From contig CBDAQI010000010.1 in assembly GCA_965198945.1 (NCBI GenBank), positions 64,001 through 128,000 on the forward strand: a stretch of DNA of 64,000 nucleotides, given 5' to 3'. The translations under genes and the position numbers were made by a program. The stretch is from Thermodesulfobacteriota bacterium (GTDB taxonomy: Bacteria; Desulfobacterota_D; UBA1144; Nemesobacterales; Mycalebacteriaceae). This document shows, piece after piece, positions 60,396 through 64,000 of this stretch; position 1 is the stretch's first letter, and each line of letters starts with the position of its first letter. Below the pieces are notes generated by a model, which was not told the origin of the DNA, ran no database searches, and saw nothing but the letters and a program-made list of their open reading frames with translations.

Positions 60396-61322
60396 TTGAG
60401 CTCTGAAAATAACAAGCTGAATCGCCCGGGCGGCAAAGGCATATTGATATGCGGACACGGAAGCCGGGACTCCGAAGGGGTGGAGGGGTTCAAGGATCTT
60501 GTTCGCGGGATGAGACTCAGACATCCCGACACGGCGGTTGATTACGGGTTTCTTGAGTTTGCGCACCCGACTTTTGATGTTGCGGTGAATTCAATGAGAG
60601 AAAAGGGGGTCTCCGACATAGTTTCGCTTCCCGCAATTCTTTTTGCCGGCGGACACGCAAAAAACGATATGCCGTTTGAAATGAACTCCATTCAGGCGGC
60701 GCATAATGACCTCAGAATACGTTTCGGCAGTTTTCTGGGCGTGTCTGCGCAACTTCTCAAACTGTGCCGTCTGCTGATAGAGGAGTGTGAGAGATCAGCC
60801 CCCCCGCATCCCAGGGAAGACTCGTGTCTTCTTCTCGTGGGCAGGGGGACCTCAGACCCGGATGGAAACTCCGATGTTGCAAAAATGGCCAGGATGCTTG
60901 AGGAGGGGATGGGTTTCGGTTTTTCCCGCACGGCTTACATAGGAGTTACAAAACCCGGTCTTGAGGAAACCCTTGAACTTCTTGAATTGCTCCCCCACTC
61001 AAGGATAGTGGCGCTTCCCGTTTTTCTTTTCACGGGCGTGCTTTTGAAAAGAATTTACTCGCTTATTGAGAAACACCGCGAGAGTTCCGGCAAGGAAATT
61101 CTGTTCACCGGGCCGTTCGGCGCGCACAGCCTGATTCTTGACATACTTGATGAGAGAATTGAAGAGGTTGAGTCCGGGAGTGCGAACATGAATTGCCAGC
61201 TTTGTAAATACAGAACGCAGATAGTCGGTTTTGAACAGGAGGAGGGCAGGGAGCAGGTCGGGCACCATTTCCATGTCAGGGGAAGTCTTTCGGAAGGCGG
61301 TTTGAATGGGAGCGACAAATGA
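60396..61322 (+). CDS. cbiX: sirohydrochlorin cobaltochelatase (long-form CbiX)
   Basis: CGHGSRD, GFLEFA.P, LFAGGH.KND.P, VGRG.SD.D.N, MNCQLCKYR, GHH.HV.G. Confidence 0.9.
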   Translation: MSSENNKLNRPGGKGILICGHGSRDSEGVEGFKDLVRGMRLRHPDTAVDYGFLEFAHPTFDVAVNSMREKGVSDIVSLPAILFAGGHAKNDMPFEMNSIQAAHNDLRIRFGSFLGVSAQLLKLCRLLIEECERSAPPHPREDSCLLLVGRGTSDPDGNSDVAKMARMLEEGMGFGFSRTAYIGVTKPGLEETLELLELLPHSRIVALPVFLFTGVLLKRIYSLIEKHRESSGKEILFTGPFGAHSLILDILDERIEEVESGSANMNCQLCKYRTQIVGFEQEEGREQVGHHFHVRGSLSEGGLNGSDK

Positions 61323-62040
61323 ACAAAAACCTTCGGGCCGGCTTCGCGGAGTTTCACTGGGACCGGGCTCTCCGGATTTAATAACCGTAAGGGCGCTTGA
61401 TGTGCTGCGCCGCTCGCACAGGATTTACTACCCGGCGGCTTCGCAGGCGGGAGCCGCCGGGCAAAGCCGCTGTTTTGCTATTATCAGACATTACGGGCTT
61501 GAGGGCACGGCAAAACCTTTTGAGGTGAATATGAAAAGCACAAGCACGGCGGATTATTCATACCGGCTCGTGAGGGAAGTTTTACTTGGAGATTTGAATA
61601 AGGGTCTTGATGTTGCGATTGTGTGTGAGGGATGTCTTTCACTTTACAGCACGGCGTTTCAGATTTTATGTGATGATGTTTTCAGCGGGCGTTTTGAGTT
61701 GATACCGGGCGTTTCCTCTCTGTCCGCCGCATCGGTGTCTTCGGATGTTTGCCTTGGTATCGGAAGCGATAAGATAGCGGTGATTCCGGGTTTGTCTTCC
61801 CGCCGTGAGATAGAGAGCGCGGTTGACAGCTTTGAAACCGTTGTCGTTGTCAAGCCGTCACGCTCAGGGGGGATTGCGGATATTATAAAAGAAAAGAATC
61901 TGGAGTTTGTTTATTGCCGCGACATCGGAGGCGCCGGGCACTTTATAACAGGCGATCCGGCGGATATTGAGAACGGGGAATTTCCTTATTTTTCCCTGTT
62001 TATAATCTCAAAAAAACTGAACAGATGCCCGGCAGCGTAA
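61306..62040 (+). CDS. cbiL: precorrin-2 C20-methyltransferase (CbiL/CobI)
   Basis: L.GVSLGPG.PDLIT.RA, EG..S.YST, IPGVSS, V..K, PYFSL.I. Confidence 0.88.
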   Translation: MGATNEQKPSGRLRGVSLGPGSPDLITVRALDVLRRSHRIYYPAASQAGAAGQSRCFAIIRHYGLEGTAKPFEVNMKSTSTADYSYRLVREVLLGDLNKGLDVAIVCEGCLSLYSTAFQILCDDVFSGRFELIPGVSSLSAASVSSDVCLGIGSDKIAVIPGLSSRREIESAVDSFETVVVVKPSRSGGIADIIKEKNLEFVYCRDIGGAGHFITGDPADIENGEFPYFSLFIISKKLNRCPAA

Positions 62041-63398
62041 CAGTCATAGGGATAGGTCCCGGAGCCGGGGGTCACATAACCCCGCTTGCCAGAGAGGCGC
62101 TTGCCCGCGCCGAAGCCGTGGTCGGCTACGGTTATTACTTCCGTTTTGTGGAAGAATTAATTTCTGAAAACTGCGAACGAATTGAAAAAGATCTTTCCGA
62201 GGAAGAGGAAAGGGCTGAGATTGCCATCTCTCTTGCGCGCGACGGGAAAAATGTCGCCATTATAAGCTCCGGAGACAGCGGCGTCTACGGAATGGCGTCA
62301 ATTATTCATCAGGCAGATTTGAAAGCGCAGTGCCGCATGGAGGTGTCGGTGATTCCGGGCGTAAGCGCATTCATAGCGGCGGCGGCCAGGCTTGGCGCTC
62401 CGCTCGGACATGATTTTTGCTCAATTTCATTGTCAGACCTGCTGACCCCGTGGAGGAAGATAGAAAAACGCATATTCTCCGCAGCGGAGGGAGACTTTGT
62501 TACGGTTGTGCACAACCCGAGAAGCGCAAAAAGATACTGGCAGCTGCCGCGTCTCAGGGAGATATTTCTTGCGTCAAAATCTCCCCTGACCCCGGTCGGA
62601 ATCGTCCGCAATGTTTCGCGGCGTGACGAAAGCGCTTGCATTACAACACTTGCGCGTCTCAATCCGGAAGAGATTGATATGTTCTCGGTTTTGATAATAG
62701 GCAATTCGGAAACATTTGCGGTCGGAGACAGGATGATAACTCCGAGGGGCGAAAAAGGGGTGGACGGCGGAGACCCCGCGCGTGTTATTTATGATGAGAG
62801 TTTCCGCACCGTGGAGGGTTTGCTGAGGCATTCTTCCTCAAAAAGCCCGGGAGCGCTCAGGGCGATAAGGCGGTGCGTCCACACCACGGCGGACTTTGAG
62901 TATGAGACTCTTTTTCATTGCTCGGAGGGGGCGATGGAAAAGTGGAATGAGGGTCTTTGCGGCGGCGAAATAGTGACCGATGTAAGAATGGTTTTCGCCG
63001 GTGTTTCAAAACGGCTTCTTGAGAGAAAGGGCGCAAAGGTTTTTTGCCATCTTGACGACCCCGAATCAGAGCCAATTCGTAAAAAAGAGAAAATTACCAG
63101 AAGTCAGGCGGCTATGAGGGTTGCCATAAAGAAACATCCGGACGCTCTTTTCGCCATTGGCAACGCTCCGACCGCTCTTATTGAGATTGCCGACACCCTG
63201 GTGGAATCAAAGGCGTTCAGTCCGCTCGGCGTCATCGGGGCGCCGGTGGGTTTTGTCAATGTTGAGCAGTCCAAGACGCGCCTTGAAGCGGCTGCGGGAG
63301 AGACCCCTTTTGCCGTCATAAGAGGAAAAAAGGGCGGCAGCGCCGTTGCGGCCGCCATAGTGAATGCGGCTCTGGGTCTTGATGAAGATGAGTTTTAG
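62025..63398 (+). CDS. fused precorrin-3B C17-methyltransferase / precorrin-8X methylmutase (CbiH-CbiC)
   Basis: N-half: GIGPG, SSGD.GVYGMA, GAPLGHDF..ISLSDLLTPW, ITPRG. C-half: R..HTTADF, TDV.MV, TRS, IGNAPTAL, PVGFV, G.KGGS..AAA..NA. Confidence 0.92.
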   Translation: MPGSVTVIGIGPGAGGHITPLAREALARAEAVVGYGYYFRFVEELISENCERIEKDLSEEEERAEIAISLARDGKNVAIISSGDSGVYGMASIIHQADLKAQCRMEVSVIPGVSAFIAAAARLGAPLGHDFCSISLSDLLTPWRKIEKRIFSAAEGDFVTVVHNPRSAKRYWQLPRLREIFLASKSPLTPVGIVRNVSRRDESACITTLARLNPEEIDMFSVLIIGNSETFAVGDRMITPRGEKGVDGGDPARVIYDESFRTVEGLLRHSSSKSPGALRAIRRCVHTTADFEYETLFHCSEGAMEKWNEGLCGGEIVTDVRMVFAGVSKRLLERKGAKVFCHLDDPESEPIRKKEKITRSQAAMRVAIKKHPDALFAIGNAPTALIEIADTLVESKAFSPLGVIGAPVGFVNVEQSKTRLEAAAGETPFAVIRGKKGGSAVAAAIVNAALGLDEDEF

Positions 63399-63407
63399 TT
63401 TCCCGGC

Positions 63408-63797
63408 TCACAAATCGGGTCTTATGTCTATTATGTTCATTTTTTTCTCAATACGTTTTTGAATAAAAAGTTTAATTATTCTGCGGGTCTGTGGAATAAT
63501 GAGGAGAAAGCCCGCAATATCCGTCAGCAGACCTGGGGTCAGCAGCACTACCGCGCCGACCAGTATCATAATTCCGTCCATGACTGAGTTTGACGGCATC
63601 CTTCCGCCGCTCAGATCGTTGCGGATTGACATTACAACGGAGGTTCCCTGCCAGCGGGCAAGAGACGCGCCGAGCACGGCGGTCGCCACTACCAGCCAGA
63701 CCGTTTCCCATATTCCCATTACGCTTCCCAGTTTGATGAGAATTGCCAGCTCAATTATGGGCACTGCAATAAAAACGGTGACAATTAATGGAAACAT
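63408..63797 (-). CDS. fxsA: FxsA family membrane protein
   Basis: VP.IEL..LI..G...G...T..LV..TA..G..L.R.QG, LL.PG..TD..G..L..P..R. Confidence 0.9.
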   Translation of the reverse strand: MFPLIVTVFIAVPIIELAILIKLGSVMGIWETVWLVVATAVLGASLARWQGTSVVMSIRNDLSGGRMPSNSVMDGIMILVGAVVLLTPGLLTDIAGFLLIIPQTRRIIKLFIQKRIEKKMNIIDIRPDL

Positions 63798-63836
63798 TGG
63801 ACTTAGCCGTCTGGTCGCAACATAATAACACAGGAT

Positions 63837-64000
63837 ATGCAAGAGCTCACAATCCTTTCTCCCGCGAAAATCAATCTTAACCTACGCGTTACAGGAGTCC
63901 GGGATGACGGTTTTCACAACACAGATTCACTTGTTCAGCCGGTCGGCATCTTTGATGAGGTTCATATCAGTATTTCAAATCACGGCAGTGTTGTTCTTAA
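63837..64000 (+). CDS. ispE: 4-diphosphocytidyl-2-C-methyl-D-erythritol kinase, N-terminal part (truncated by the window edge)
   Basis: Manual translation MQELTILSPAKINLNLRVTGVRDDGFHNTDSLVQPVGIFDEV (PAKINL..V.G.R.DG.H). Confidence 0.9.
   Translation, partial: MQELTILSPAKINLNLRVTGVRDDGFHNTDSLVQPVGIFDEVHISISNHGSVVL

Overview
64 kb of bacterial chromosome with a moderately GC-rich housekeeping backbone. The gene repertoire suggests a Desulfobacterota/'Dadabacteria'-like, probably marine or host-associated organism; this is inference only. The backbone carries ppiD (partial), smc, secA, the rpmH-rnpA-yidD-yidC-jag-cobB operon, oadGAB, aroE/ribF/trkHA/recJ/aroQ, murJ, the dcw cluster rsmH to ftsZ, tRNA-Glu(CTC), a cobalamin cluster (cbiB-cbiX-cbiL-cbiHC), fxsA and ispE (partial). 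Three visibly AT-rich accessory patches interrupt it. (1) A PD-(D/E)xK endonuclease and a type I-like N6 methyltransferase fused to a single TRD, followed by a Fic gene. (2) A three-gene operon of a DruA-like (DUF4338) protein, NurA nuclease and HerA ATPase, which is the best candidate here for an undescribed defence system. (3) A globin and a Panacea-antitoxin/PemK-like toxin pair. Other notable points: a Thermotoga/Aquifex-type insert in SecA, a DCC1/HTTM/redoxin membrane cluster, an SCP-x thiolase/DUF35/MaoC operon, and probable ATT and CTG start codons. There are many lesions: nonsense codons in herA and the toxin, a deletion in purU, and single-base frameshifts in the R-M genes, fic, jag and murE. 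Some of these may be homopolymer sequencing errors.
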